Positions 42,430 to 52,772 are shown, counted from the first letter of the stretch. The stretch: 64,000 nucleotides of DNA from Lachnospiraceae bacterium (GCA_900767585.1 CAAFZP010000097.1:22694-86693); one strand, 5' to 3'. Notes: a model not told the origin generated them from the sequence alone. Numbers and translations are program-made.

Positions 42430-42474
42430 GCAACAAAGAATAAAGGATTGCACGGTCAAAACCAATGCAATCCT
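42430..42474 (-). terminator. Rho-independent terminator after pdxK
   Basis: A 10-bp perfect stem aaggattgca/tgcaatcctt followed by a T-rich tract on the minus strand. Confidence 0.6.
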
Positions 42475-42506
42475 TCCTTGGGGATTCAGATATAAGTCAT
42501 ACGCAT

Positions 42507-43352
42507 TTATTTGTTCAATTCCGTCACCAGCATCGGCAATGCACGCTCAAAGCATACGCCATACCAGTGTCCGTCGTCTGTCTTCTTAATACTGTCCACA
42601 ACGAAATCAGCAGCCATCTTTGCAGCTTCGAAAATCTTCTTTCCCTGCATCATCGCACCTGTAAAAGCTGCCGCATAACAGTCGCCGGTTCCATGTGAGC
42701 TCTTTGGCACCTTCTCCGTAAAATAATATTCTGCTTTTTTCTCTGCGCAGTCATATACGACAACTCCGATTTTATCATCTTCGAAGCTGATGCCTTTTAA
42801 AACAATCTTCTTGCAGCCAAGCTTCGCAAGCGCCTCTAAAATCATCTGTACATACGCTTCATCCTGTCCTTCTAACCGCAGTTCACAGCCGGTCATAAAT
42901 GCCGCCTCTGTGATATTCGGAAGGATAATATCCGCACTGCCACAGAGCTTTGCCATCTGTGCAACAAACGCATCATCAAATCCATAGTACAGGCTTCCGT
43001 TATCCGCCATCGCCGGATCCACGATCAGAAGTCCGCCTTCCTTCACAACACGTTTTTTCAGATCATACACATATTCGATCTGCGTGATACTGCCGAGGTA
43101 TCCGGTGTACAGGCAGTCAAACCTGATTTTTTCTTTTTCCCAGTGATCCATAATGCCCGGGATATCCTCCGTCAGATCACGGAATGTATACCCGGTAAAT
43201 CCGCCTGTATGTGTGGACAGCACAGCCGAAGGCAGTATGATAGTCTCTACGCCACATGCCGAAATGATTGGCAGTGCGACTGTTAGGGAACACTGTCCCA
43301 TACATGAAATATCCTGAATTGTCAAAACCTTTTTATCTGTCATGTTAAACAC
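42507..43352 (-). CDS. pdxK: Pyridoxal/pyridoxamine kinase (PdxY/PdxK, ribokinase fold)
   Basis: IQDISCMGQCSLTVALPIISACG...; a GTGD anion-hole motif near the C-terminus. Confidence 0.8.
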   Translation of the reverse strand: MFNMTDKKVLTIQDISCMGQCSLTVALPIISACGVETIILPSAVLSTHTGGFTGYTFRDLTEDIPGIMDHWEKEKIRFDCLYTGYLGSITQIEYVYDLKKRVVKEGGLLIVDPAMADNGSLYYGFDDAFVAQMAKLCGSADIILPNITEAAFMTGCELRLEGQDEAYVQMILEALAKLGCKKIVLKGISFEDDKIGVVVYDCAEKKAEYYFTEKVPKSSHGTGDCYAAAFTGAMMQGKKIFEAAKMAADFVVDSIKKTDDGHWYGVCFERALPMLVTELNK

Positions 43353-43543
43353 CTCTTTTTTATTTTCTCTAACTATATAGTCACTTTGACCTTGTGTAAA
43401 TCTCCAATTATAAAATATCTAAAAATGTCAGATTTACAAAAATATAAATATAGTTTATACTTTTTAAAAGAAAACATCCAATTCTATATAAAATAACGGC
43501 ATTTCCATCTTATAATGCCAGAACACAGAAAAAGGAGCTCATC

Positions 43544-44962
43544 ATGTTAACCTACTCTTTCGATAAACGCGGCGGCCAAAGCCTGTATGAATACCTTTAT
43601 AACTGCATGAAAACTGACATTATAAACGGTGTTTTATCCCCAAATGAAAAGCTGCCATCCAAACGTGCATTTGCAAGCAATCACGGCATCAGTATTGTCA
43701 CGGTTGAAAACACATATGGGCAGCTTATGGCAGAAGGATACATCTATTCCAAACCCAAAAGCGGATTCTTCGTTTCCCCGATACAAAGTCAGATTGTTTC
43801 TACAAGCAGCGAATCTGACCTTATCGAAACAAAAAAGCCTTACGCGCATGACAATTCCATCAACCTGATTTCCAATCATACAGCTCCGGAGAATTTTCCT
43901 TTTTCTATCTGGGCGAAGCTGACTCGTCAGATCTTAAGTGAGCAAAGTCCGGATCTGTTAGTGCCCCCACCTGCCGGCGGTGTACCCGAATTACGTACAG
44001 CCATTGCCAGACATCTACACGAATTCCGTGGCATCAACGCATCCCCGGAGCAGATCATGATCGGTGCCGGAACCGAATACCTGTATGGCCTGATCGTGCA
44101 GCTGCTTGGACGAGACCTTGTCTACGGACTGGAAAATCCGAGTTCCAAGAAGATCCGCAGCATCTATGAGGCGCTCGGTGTGAAGGTTGCACCGCTCGAG
44201 ATGGACGAGGAGGGGATTCAATTAGATGCCCGGAATCTGACGATCCCCGACATCATCCAGATATCTCCATCCCACCATTTTCCTACCGGTATTGTAACTT
44301 CTGTGAGCCGGAGATATGGACTTTTGCAATGGGCAAACGAATCGAATTCCCGCTATATTATCGAAGATGATTTCGACAGCGAATTCCGTCTGCAGGGAAA
44401 ACCGATTCCCTCCCTGTTCTCGATGGATACTACAGACAAGGTTATCTATTTTAACACCTTTACCAAAAGCCTTGCCTCCACGATCCGGATCAGCTATATG
44501 GTCCTTCCCAAGTCCCTGCTGCACCTGTATTACAACAAGCTTGGCTTTTATGCCTGTACGGTATCGAATTTTGAACAGTATACACTTGCAGCCTTTATAC
44601 GGGATCAATATTTCGAGAAACATATCAATCGTATGCGGAACCACTATCGCAGCCTGCGTGATGAGTTGATTGCAGGGTTTAAGCAAAGTCCACTTGCTGA
44701 CAGGATCACAATCAGCCAGGAAAATGCAGGACTGCATTTTCTGCTGCATATCGACAGCAAAAAAAACGATCAGGAATTACAGGCGATGGCTCAGGCCCAC
44801 GATATCACGCTTGCATTCGTCTCCGATTATTACAGCTTTGATTTCAAATCCGATATAAGCCGGTACGACCACACCGCGATCATCAACTATTCCGGACTTA
44901 ACATGGATGATATCCCGGTCGTGATCGAACGGCTCAGCAGTGCCTGGAACGATTCCCTATGA
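43544..44962 (+). CDS. MocR/PdxR-family regulator (GntR HTH fused to an aminotransferase-like domain)
   Basis: An N-terminal GntR HTH and a C-terminal PLP fold-type I domain. The gene is divergent from pdxK. Confidence 0.85.
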   Translation: MLTYSFDKRGGQSLYEYLYNCMKTDIINGVLSPNEKLPSKRAFASNHGISIVTVENTYGQLMAEGYIYSKPKSGFFVSPIQSQIVSTSSESDLIETKKPYAHDNSINLISNHTAPENFPFSIWAKLTRQILSEQSPDLLVPPPAGGVPELRTAIARHLHEFRGINASPEQIMIGAGTEYLYGLIVQLLGRDLVYGLENPSSKKIRSIYEALGVKVAPLEMDEEGIQLDARNLTIPDIIQISPSHHFPTGIVTSVSRRYGLLQWANESNSRYIIEDDFDSEFRLQGKPIPSLFSMDTTDKVIYFNTFTKSLASTIRISYMVLPKSLLHLYYNKLGFYACTVSNFEQYTLAAFIRDQYFEKHINRMRNHYRSLRDELIAGFKQSPLADRITISQENAGLHFLLHIDSKKNDQELQAMAQAHDITLAFVSDYYSFDFKSDISRYDHTAIINYSGLNMDDIPVVIERLSSAWNDSL

Positions 44963-45087
44963 TGCCTGCAGCAGCATTTCAATTATTTGAACGGTTCCAT
45001 ATATATGTTTGAAAATGTATATTTTCTTTGCAAACAACAAATGTTATACTTATGTTATCTTTATACGCAAACACAAAGGAGGATATT

Positions 45088-45930
45088 ATGTTCGCTTATA
45101 ATCTCTGGCAATGGATTGCCTTTTTCATCATCTACTGCCTCATCGGCTGGATCGGTGAAAGCCTATATGTATCATGGGAACACAGGAAATGGGTCAATCG
45201 TGGATTCCTGCATGGTCCGTTTCTTCCGATTTACGGATTTGGTGCTGTAATCATTCTGATCTCCACCATTCCGGTCCGCAATAACTATTTTTTAATCTTC
45301 CTGTTCGGTATGCTTGGTGCTACCCTGCTTGAGTATTTTACCGGATGGGCCATGGAACAGATCTTTCATGTCAAATACTGGGATTACACCTACGACTTCT
45401 GTAACCTGCACGGTTATATCTGTCTTGGCTGTTCTCTCACATGGGGCGTCTGCGCACTGCTTCTGACCGGGCTTGTGCATACCCCGATTGAAAAACTTGT
45501 TTTATCTCTTCCTGCTGTACCTCTGATGGTCATCGATATCGTATTTACAGTCTATTTTATCTGGGATATGATCACATCTGCACAGGAAGCATTTGATTTG
45601 AAGAAGATCATCCTCGAAAACGAGGAAGTCCAGCGTATACAGAAACGACTGGATGTCATTCATGCATTTGCAGAGGATGACAAAGAGAAATTTGAAGACT
45701 ATCTGAAAGAAAAAAATATGCAGTACAATAAGAACAAAGAAGAACTCACCAAAGAGTTTGAAGCAAAACTGCAGGCTGCTAAGGATCGTGTAGCGAATCG
45801 TTCCGAAAAAGCAAAGACACATGCGACCCGCATCATCCGCAGAAATCCGGGTTCTATCTCTTATAAACACAAAGAAGAATTCGAAGCAATCCGGAAGCGT
45901 ATCGAAGAACGTCTGCAAAGCAAACGCTAA
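45088..45930 (+). CDS. Membrane protein (putative ABC-transporter type IV / DUF1113-like) with a charged coiled-coil C-terminus
   Basis: Four or five TM helices with a GW..E motif, then a Lys/Glu-rich tail. The ATG at 45088 has AAAGGAGG. Confidence 0.6.
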   Translation: MFAYNLWQWIAFFIIYCLIGWIGESLYVSWEHRKWVNRGFLHGPFLPIYGFGAVIILISTIPVRNNYFLIFLFGMLGATLLEYFTGWAMEQIFHVKYWDYTYDFCNLHGYICLGCSLTWGVCALLLTGLVHTPIEKLVLSLPAVPLMVIDIVFTVYFIWDMITSAQEAFDLKKIILENEEVQRIQKRLDVIHAFAEDDKEKFEDYLKEKNMQYNKNKEELTKEFEAKLQAAKDRVANRSEKAKTHATRIIRRNPGSISYKHKEEFEAIRKRIEERLQSKR

Positions 45931-45957
45931 ATTACACATCCTTTTACAGTAAAACAG

Positions 45958-45998
45958 TAAAAATCCAGGCGTTCCTCTTACGAGGATGCCTGGATAAA
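45958..45998. terminator. Bidirectional terminator between convergent genes
   Basis: A near-perfect hairpin of about 14 bp (atccaggcgttcctc/gaggatgcctggat) that encloses the stop codon of the EAL gene. Confidence 0.65.
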
Positions 45999-47912
45999 TT
46001 TTACGAATTCTTCCCGCGGAATCGGTTTTGAGAAGTAATATCCCTGAATATATTCACATTCAAGATCCGAGAAAAGCTTCAGCATCTCTGCTGTCTCCAC
46101 CCCTTCTACCACAATCTTCATCTTCATTGCCTTGATCATATTGATTGCATTCGTCAGCACAATCCCAAGCTTCGGATTATCGTATAACTCCGTAAATGTC
46201 CGGTCTAATTTAATAATATCGAATGGTAATTTTACGATACGCTGCATATTCGAATATCCGGTTCCAAAATCATCCAGAGAAAATTTCATTCCCATGTTAG
46301 TCAGATCTTCGATATTCTCCTCGAGTGCCTGCTGTGAGATGGATGCAGCTGTCTCTGTAATCTCCAGATTCAGTTGTTCCGGTCGCACACCATGCCGATT
46401 TAAAATCTCCATAATATGATCTGCAAGTTTTGGCTGCATGCACTGTACCACCGACAAATTCACTTCGATATAGGACATTCCAAGCTTCTTATATTCGTCG
46501 CTTGCAATAAATGCACATACCTGTTCAAGCACGAAATCACCAATTTTGTGGATTGCTCCGCTCTTCTCCGCTACCGGTATAAATACCTCCGGTGAGATAA
46601 AACCATACTTTTCATCCTTTAGCCGGATCAACGCTTCCGCAGAATGGAACTTTTTCTCCTTCACAGAATAAATCGGCTGGTAATATACCTCAAACCGTTT
46701 ATTTGACAATGCAGATTCAATAATCGCATCCATATCGTGCATCATATCATAATGCAGCCGCTTCAACAGTTCTGAAGCAGTCATAATGTCACCGGTAAAC
46801 GGAACTTCCTGTAAAGTATCTCCAAATGCCATCAGCGTATCCACATCGGAGATATCCTCCGGGCAATCCGCAATACAAATATTGGAAATAAAATTGACCG
46901 ACATCTGGTTGATCACGAAACAGGCTTTCAAAGTACGATTTATTTCTTCCGCTATATCCGGAACATGGTCAGACAGCGTATCTTCCAACACATATCGGAA
47001 TTTTCCTTGTCCCAGATAATACATCGCAGCCTTTGATTTCTTCTCTTTATCCAGACGTATCATATATTCCGAAACTCCCGCCATCATCTTCATGCATTTC
47101 CCATATCCAAGTAATTCACGCAAGGATGCATAGTTTGTAATGTTGACCATAATGATATGTATCGGCTTTCTCGTCCGGAAGGCATGACGCATATCGTCCA
47201 TATACGCCGTCATCTTATCCAATCCGGTTATCATATCCAATCGTTCCTCCGGACGCTGCAGCATCAGAGAAATAAACATCAGACCGATTGCCATGCAAAG
47301 CATCTCAACGACTGCTGTAGGATAAAAGAACCGTATGACGGCATTTGCAATCGCCACTGCAAATACGATTCCCAGAGAGACAAGATATCTTCGCCGGAAC
47401 ATTTTCCGGAATATCCCCAGATAAATCAGCCCATAAATCACATATATTACCGTACACACATATATTAACGAATAATATCTGCCTCGTGTATATTCACACT
47501 CCGCATTGATATAAAAAATCCACTTCGTTGCCGGACTGACTACAATCATCGCAGTTAACGAAAATACCGGAAGTAATGATAAAAAGGTAAGTAATCGTTT
47601 TGCCTTAAACAGATGCCACGTATCTGTCATAGATACGACATACGCAAAATAAAACGGCATTGTAAAACTAGACAGCACCAGATATCCCATATGCGCTGCA
47701 TACTTGGTAACCATCTGCTGCACACCCAGATTATCCAGGTATCTTGCCCATATATCAAACAACACAGCCAGCCATGCAACTACCAGCACTTCCATAAACG
47801 AACGATTTACTTTTCCTTTGACCATCCGTCTGAGAATTGTCGTAATGATTAATATGGAAATAATCAATGTCGCACAATAGTCATACATGACATCTTTGTA
47901 AATATCTGCCAT
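45978..47912 (-). CDS. Membrane-anchored c-di-GMP phosphodiesterase (multi-TM sensor, degenerate GGDEF-like domain, EAL)
   Basis: About 7 N-terminal TM helices and a C-terminal EAL domain (EALIR, DDFGTGYS, EGVE). Confidence 0.8.
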   Translation of the reverse strand: MADIYKDVMYDYCATLIISILIITTILRRMVKGKVNRSFMEVLVVAWLAVLFDIWARYLDNLGVQQMVTKYAAHMGYLVLSSFTMPFYFAYVVSMTDTWHLFKAKRLLTFLSLLPVFSLTAMIVVSPATKWIFYINAECEYTRGRYYSLIYVCTVIYVIYGLIYLGIFRKMFRRRYLVSLGIVFAVAIANAVIRFFYPTAVVEMLCMAIGLMFISLMLQRPEERLDMITGLDKMTAYMDDMRHAFRTRKPIHIIMVNITNYASLRELLGYGKCMKMMAGVSEYMIRLDKEKKSKAAMYYLGQGKFRYVLEDTLSDHVPDIAEEINRTLKACFVINQMSVNFISNICIADCPEDISDVDTLMAFGDTLQEVPFTGDIMTASELLKRLHYDMMHDMDAIIESALSNKRFEVYYQPIYSVKEKKFHSAEALIRLKDEKYGFISPEVFIPVAEKSGAIHKIGDFVLEQVCAFIASDEYKKLGMSYIEVNLSVVQCMQPKLADHIMEILNRHGVRPEQLNLEITETAASISQQALEENIEDLTNMGMKFSLDDFGTGYSNMQRIVKLPFDIIKLDRTFTELYDNPKLGIVLTNAINMIKAMKMKIVVEGVETAEMLKLFSDLECEYIQGYYFSKPIPREEFVKFIQASS

Positions 47913-47942
47913 AGCCTCACTTCTTTCGCTTCTATATATTTC

Positions 47943-48743
47943 TTATCTTTCCGGATACAAAAAATGGATCACTTCCTCTGCCCGCATCTCCTGCAGGTGG
48001 TATGGATCTGTCTCCTCGTCCGTATACCACCGCATACTGACAGAATCCTCCAGATAAAAATATCCAACGCCACATTCCGGGTATCTGGCATACCAAGCCG
48101 GATATTTCTGTTTCATCACTCGCTCCGCAAGCATAATAGCCTGACTTTTTGTGCCATCATTGAGATATGTTCCACAGATACGCACTCCCGGTGGACTTGC
48201 ATGTACAAGCAGTACACTTCCATCCATGCATCTCCCCAGACTCATCCAGACATGCCCTTCCATACTGCATATATCCCCCGGTTTATAGTCTCCCTGCACC
48301 AGATAACCCCAGCCGCATGCCGCACAGGCACGTGCCATCTTCGACGCGCCGGTCACATATCCGGTCTCTCCGTTTCGGGTATGAAATACATTGTACAAAA
48401 GCCAGCCGATATAACCGGAGCAATCCAACCCATCGTGACTTTGATATCTGGTCTTGTCAAAATCATATGTTTCTGTCTGTCTTGCGGCATATTCCGCCCA
48501 TCGCTTTGATACACCAAGTGTGACAGCCTCCCTGCCAGCCCCTGCATCCTCCTGATTCCAGCCGCCGCCCCAGATATACATCGTCTGTCCAACCGGAAGC
48601 AGTGATGTCCGAAGCAGACGTTCCATCGAAAACTCCCGCAGATGTTCCGGTGCCGGTCTGTGTAACACAAGACTCATCAAAATTCCTATTGCGAAAAGCA
48701 GGATGCCTGCTGCACCCTGCCTGATGCGCGTGGAACTACTCAT
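47943..48743 (-). CDS. Membrane-anchored NlpC/P60-family cysteine peptidase (GC-rich gene)
   Basis: N-terminal TM helix. Catalytic triad context DCSGYIGW, GHVWMSLG and LVHASP. Confidence 0.65.
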   Translation of the reverse strand: MSSSTRIRQGAAGILLFAIGILMSLVLHRPAPEHLREFSMERLLRTSLLPVGQTMYIWGGGWNQEDAGAGREAVTLGVSKRWAEYAARQTETYDFDKTRYQSHDGLDCSGYIGWLLYNVFHTRNGETGYVTGASKMARACAACGWGYLVQGDYKPGDICSMEGHVWMSLGRCMDGSVLLVHASPPGVRICGTYLNDGTKSQAIMLAERVMKQKYPAWYARYPECGVGYFYLEDSVSMRWYTDEETDPYHLQEMRAEEVIHFLYPER

Positions 48744-48809
48744 ATGTCATCTTCTTTCATATCCATCATTCAAACATATGACGAAGTTCCTGCACAATAT
48801 TACTTTCTT

Positions 48810-49247
48810 TTACTTACAAAGTTCTGCTACAACCGCATTGATCACCTTGCCGTCTGCCTTGCCCTTTAACTGTGGCATAACCGTCTTCATGATCATTCCC
48901 TTGTTCTTTGTAGCGATCACATCTGCACATTTTTCTGTCAGAAATGCCTTTACCTCATCCTCGCTCATCAGAGATGGTGCATACTCGTTAATAACATCGT
49001 AACGTGCCTGATACTCAGCCAGCAGGTCCGTACGCTCTGCCGGGCATGTATCGATCTGCTCTTTTGCTGTCTTTAACTCCTTTAAGATTACACGATCGAC
49101 CAGTTCTTCCTTGATGTCATCGCGGCAGCCCTCGTCGATGGCTACCTTCTTCACTGCGGAAATCAGAGAAGAGATGGAATCCTTTCTTGCCTTATCTCTT
49201 GCCTTCATAGCGGCGATCATGTCTTTCTGTAATGTTTCTAACTGCAT
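48810..49247 (-). CDS. GatB/YqeY domain protein
   Basis: 145 aa; MQLETLQKDMIAAMKARDK...; typical YqeY. Confidence 0.85.
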   Translation of the reverse strand: MQLETLQKDMIAAMKARDKARKDSISSLISAVKKVAIDEGCRDDIKEELVDRVILKELKTAKEQIDTCPAERTDLLAEYQARYDVINEYAPSLMSEDEVKAFLTEKCADVIATKNKGMIMKTVMPQLKGKADGKVINAVVAELCK

Positions 49248-49610
49248 ATCTATCTTCCTCCCATTCAGTTATAACTATCGGTAATCGCAAAACATCCACT
49301 CATTGAATATATATTTCAATATTAATTCATTTTATATACAATGTATTGAATCTAAGAAGTTCTAGCTGTTCTGATTTACATATTAATACCATACGCCACC
49401 GCCGCCAATTCGCCATCCTTGGCTCAGTGGCGGCTTGTTTGAACATCGTGTTCAAACATGGCTACTATATCTGACAGAACACCAAGAACTTCTAAGCTTC
49501 AAACATATCGTATATAATCATGAATTAACATTAAAATATATGATATGAATGATTCTTACTGTTTTGCAATTACCTCTCCATATACATCTATCTGATTTAA
49601 AATCCATAAT

Positions 49611-49639
49611 ATTATATCATGTTTCCTTGTATATTTCTA
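49611..49639 (-). promoter_or_regulatory. Extended -10 promoter (TGATATAAT) reading toward the GatB/YqeY gene
   Basis: On the minus strand: TAGAAA, 17 nt, then TGATATAAT. The predicted leader is about 340 nt. Confidence 0.5.
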
Positions 49640-49664
49640 TTCATATTTTCAAGGATGCATCACA

Positions 49665-49700
49665 AAAAAGGAGCCATCGTATTATGGATTCCATACGACA
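49665..49700 (-). terminator. Putative terminator after prfA
   Basis: Hairpin tcgtat...atacga followed by TTTTTT on the minus strand. Confidence 0.45.
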
Positions 49701-49718
49701 GCTCTTAGGGCATTTTTC

Positions 49719-50795
49719 TTACTCCTCGTTCATTTTTGCAAGCTTCGCTGCCTGGTCCGCGGCGATACATGCATCGATAATCTCCTGAATATCTCCATTC
49801 ATGATCTTATCCAATTTGTATAATGTTAAACCGATTCGATGATCCGTTACACGCCCCTGTGGGAAGTTATACGTACGGATCTTCTCGGAGCGGTCACCTG
49901 TACCAACCTGGCTCTTACGCAGGTCTGCTTCTGCGTCGTGACGCTTCTGCATCTCGATATCCAACAGCTTTGTACGAAGCAGCGCAAACGCCTTTGCCTT
50001 ATTCTGAAGCTGTGATTTCTCTGTCTGGCTGTAGATTACGATTCCGGTTGGAATATGGGTCAAACGTACCGCAGAATCGGTCGTATTGACACACTGTCCA
50101 CCATTACCGGATGCACGCATAACATCGATACGGATATCTTTATCCGGGATATCGATCTCATCCACTTCCTCTGCCTCCGGAAGTACTGCTACACTGGCGG
50201 TACTTGTATGGATTCGTCCGCCACTCTCTGTCTCCGGCACGCGCTGTACACGATGGACGCCACTCTCATATTTCAGTACGGAATACGCACCATTTCCGGT
50301 TACCATTGCAGTTACTGATTTCATACCACCGATACCGATTTCTTCGGCTTCCATGAGTTCAACCTTCCAATGGCGGCTCTCCGCATAATGTACATACATA
50401 CGGTAAAGCTCTGCTGCAAAAAGCGCAGCCTCATCACCACCGGCACCTGCACGGATCTCCAGGATGACATTCCGGTCATCGTTCGGGTCTTTTGGCAGGA
50501 GAAGGATTTTAAGCTCATTCTCGCACTTTTCCACCTGCTGCTTGGCAGAGGAAAGTTCTTCTTTGAGCATCTCACGCATCTCCTCGTCGCTTTCGCCCTC
50601 CAGCATGGATACGCTATCCTCGATCGTCTGCTTGGCTTCCTTGTATTCCTGATATTTCTCTACGATCGGAGCCAGGTTCGCCTGCTCCTTCATCAGATTC
50701 TTAAATCTCTCTGCATTACTTGCCACGTTCGGATCTGAAAGTTCATTTTGTAATTCGTCCAGACGGGCTACCAGGTCCTCTAATTTATCAAACAT
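49719..50795 (-). CDS. prfA: Peptide chain release factor 1
   Basis: GGQ motif ([11 protein letters not shown]). The ATG at 50795 has GGAGG. The track ORF starts at an upstream TTG. Confidence 0.93.
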   Translation of the reverse strand: MFDKLEDLVARLDELQNELSDPNVASNAERFKNLMKEQANLAPIVEKYQEYKEAKQTIEDSVSMLEGESDEEMREMLKEELSSAKQQVEKCENELKILLLPKDPNDDRNVILEIRAGAGGDEAALFAAELYRMYVHYAESRHWKVELMEAEEIGIGGMKSVTAMVTGNGAYSVLKYESGVHRVQRVPETESGGRIHTSTASVAVLPEAEEVDEIDIPDKDIRIDVMRASGNGGQCVNTTDSAVRLTHIPTGIVIYSQTEKSQLQNKAKAFALLRTKLLDIEMQKRHDAEADLRKSQVGTGDRSEKIRTYNFPQGRVTDHRIGLTLYKLDKIMNGDIQEIIDACIAADQAAKLAKMNEE

Positions 50796-50940
50796 GTTTT
50801 TATCCTCCAACTAATTTTCTATCTCGATATACCCTTCCTATGTGCCAGACATCTATAACCTCTCATTTATCCGATTATATACGCCACAAGGATTGTCTGG
50901 CTGTTTCAGCCAAATCAGGTATCTCATTATGTATTTTCTC

Positions 50941-51828
50941 TTATCCGAGTGCAGGATACCGCGCCATCACGATCCGGTCAAGTCCCGCATAATCTTTCAT
51001 TCCCTCTATATCCACATATCCGTTCTCTACAAGGAGTCCCCGAACAGCGTCCAGCTGATCCTGTCCGATTTCAAACAGTATATATCCATCTTCATACAGA
51101 TACTCCCTCGCTTCCCGAATTATCTTATCATAAAAATACAATCCATCCGCTTTTCCGTCAAGTGCCAGATGTGGTTCAAAATCACGTACCTCTGCCATGA
51201 GCTTTGGAATCTCATCCGTCCGGATATACGGCGGATTCGATATTATCATATCATATTTTTCTTCAATCTGCGCAAATAAATCGGTCTGTATTACCGTACA
51301 ATCTGCCTGTAACCGCTCCCGGTTCTTCTTCGTAAGCGCGATTGCCGCATCCGAAATATCTGCAAGGTCAACCGAAACGTTCGGAACAAGTTCCGCCACA
51401 CTGATTCCGATACAGCCACTTCCACAGCACATATCTAACGCACGTAACTTCCCGTCTCCGGTTTGTTCCATTTTTTTCTCTCTGAGCTTTTCCAGCTTCT
51501 CACATGCCTGTTCCACGAGAAGTTCTGTCTCCGGTCTTGGAATCAGCACGTTTGGTGCCACTTCAAATTCCATTCCCATAAAATTCTGCGTTCCAAGGAT
51601 ATACTGGCACGGCTTATGTGTCATGCGCTCCGTGACATAGGCATGCAGTTTCTGTGCCTGTTCTTCTGTCGCTTCCTCTGCCATGCGCAGAATCATCGTC
51701 GAATATGTACAATCTGCCACATCCATCGCGAAAAGCCGGATATCACTGTCTGCCTCCGGAATATCTGCCTGTTTTAAACGCTCTAACTCTTCCTTCATCA
51801 ATGCCTGCCACGTCATAGTTTTCCTCAC
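50941..51828 (-). CDS. prmC: Release factor glutamine N5-methyltransferase
   Basis: NPPY motif (ISNPPYI) and SAM-binding motif (LDMCCGSGCIG). Confidence 0.88.
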   Translation of the reverse strand: MRKTMTWQALMKEELERLKQADIPEADSDIRLFAMDVADCTYSTMILRMAEEATEEQAQKLHAYVTERMTHKPCQYILGTQNFMGMEFEVAPNVLIPRPETELLVEQACEKLEKLREKKMEQTGDGKLRALDMCCGSGCIGISVAELVPNVSVDLADISDAAIALTKKNRERLQADCTVIQTDLFAQIEEKYDMIISNPPYIRTDEIPKLMAEVRDFEPHLALDGKADGLYFYDKIIREAREYLYEDGYILFEIGQDQLDAVRGLLVENGYVDIEGMKDYAGLDRIVMARYPALG

Positions 51829-52772
51829 TTCTCACTCTTTGCCTGTTCTGCCAGATATGCGCGCCAGTCCAAAACTGCCTCCACCGAAGCGATTGCAACC
51901 TCAACCATATCCTCTGTCGGCTCCTTGGTCGTCAGTCTCTGAATCAGAAGTCCCGGCTTGCTCAAAACATTTGCAATCCACGAATCACTATTTCCTGCAA
52001 ACCGGATAAATTCATAAGAAATTCCCGCAATCAGCGGAACAAGCAATACACGTAGCAATAACCGCAGCCACATCGCATCTACCGTAATGCACATAAAAAC
52101 CAGAATACTCACGATCATAACGATGAACAAAAAACTCGTTCCGCATCGTTTATGAAACCTGGATGCCTGCATGACATTCTCCACCGTCAGTTCATGACCA
52201 TGCTCTAAGCAGTTGATCGTCTTATGCTCCGCACCATGATACATATAGGTTCGTTTAATCTCCTCCATACGGGAGATTGCGATTACATATCCAAGAAAAA
52301 TAATCAGCCGGATCACACCCTCGATGAGTCCAATCAGAACATGATTTTTTACCACATCGTCAAGCAATGATGCAATCCATGCCGGAAGCAGCATGAAAAG
52401 TCCGATTGCCAGCACAATAGAAAATGCAACCGTTCCTGCCATCTCCGCCTTCTCTGCACGCGCTTGCTGTTCTTTTGTCTTTTCTTTCTTCTTTTTTACT
52501 TCCTTCTTTGGTGTTTCCTCTTCCTCATCCTCAAAAAACTGTGCTGAATACATCAGAGTTTTTACACCAATGACCAGAGACTGCACAAAATTATACACAC
52601 CGCGTACAATCGGAATATTACATACCGACGGTCGTTCCGACGTTCCTGCACACGCATTTACTTTTACATCTATCTCTTTATCCGGTTTTCGGACCGCTAC
52701 CGCATATCGGTTATTGTTTCGCATCATAACGCCTTCCATAACCGCTTGTCCGCCAATATTAATTCTGCTCAT
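51825..52772 (-). CDS. DUF1385 domain protein (YqhQ-like membrane protein)
   Basis: QAVMEGVMMR N-terminus, a HGAEHK motif and TM helices. It overlaps the prmC start by 4 nt. Confidence 0.7.
   Translation of the reverse strand: MSRINIGGQAVMEGVMMRNNNRYAVAVRKPDKEIDVKVNACAGTSERPSVCNIPIVRGVYNFVQSLVIGVKTLMYSAQFFEDEEEETPKKEVKKKKEKTKEQQARAEKAEMAGTVAFSIVLAIGLFMLLPAWIASLLDDVVKNHVLIGLIEGVIRLIIFLGYVIAISRMEEIKRTYMYHGAEHKTINCLEHGHELTVENVMQASRFHKRCGTSFLFIVMIVSILVFMCITVDAMWLRLLLRVLLVPLIAGISYEFIRFAGNSDSWIANVLSKPGLLIQRLTTKEPTEDMVEVAIASVEAVLDWRAYLAEQAKSEK

Noticed and set aside
44222-44749. 175-aa minus-strand ORF
   Set aside because: It is fully antisense to the MocR/PdxR regulator gene.
49395-49457. Possible cobalamin riboswitch (GCCACTG / AGCCAAGGA on the minus strand) or tRNA-like GCTCAGTGG
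   Set aside because: The matches to the B12 box or to a tRNA D-arm are only partial. No full consensus could be assembled by eye, so it is kept only as an unclassified structured element.
49549-49788. 79-aa plus-strand ORF with an AAGGAG upstream of an internal ATG
   Set aside because: It overlaps the prfA 3' end and the prfA terminator hairpin. The RBS spacing is poor (11 nt) and there is no conservation signal. It is more likely part of the non-coding region.
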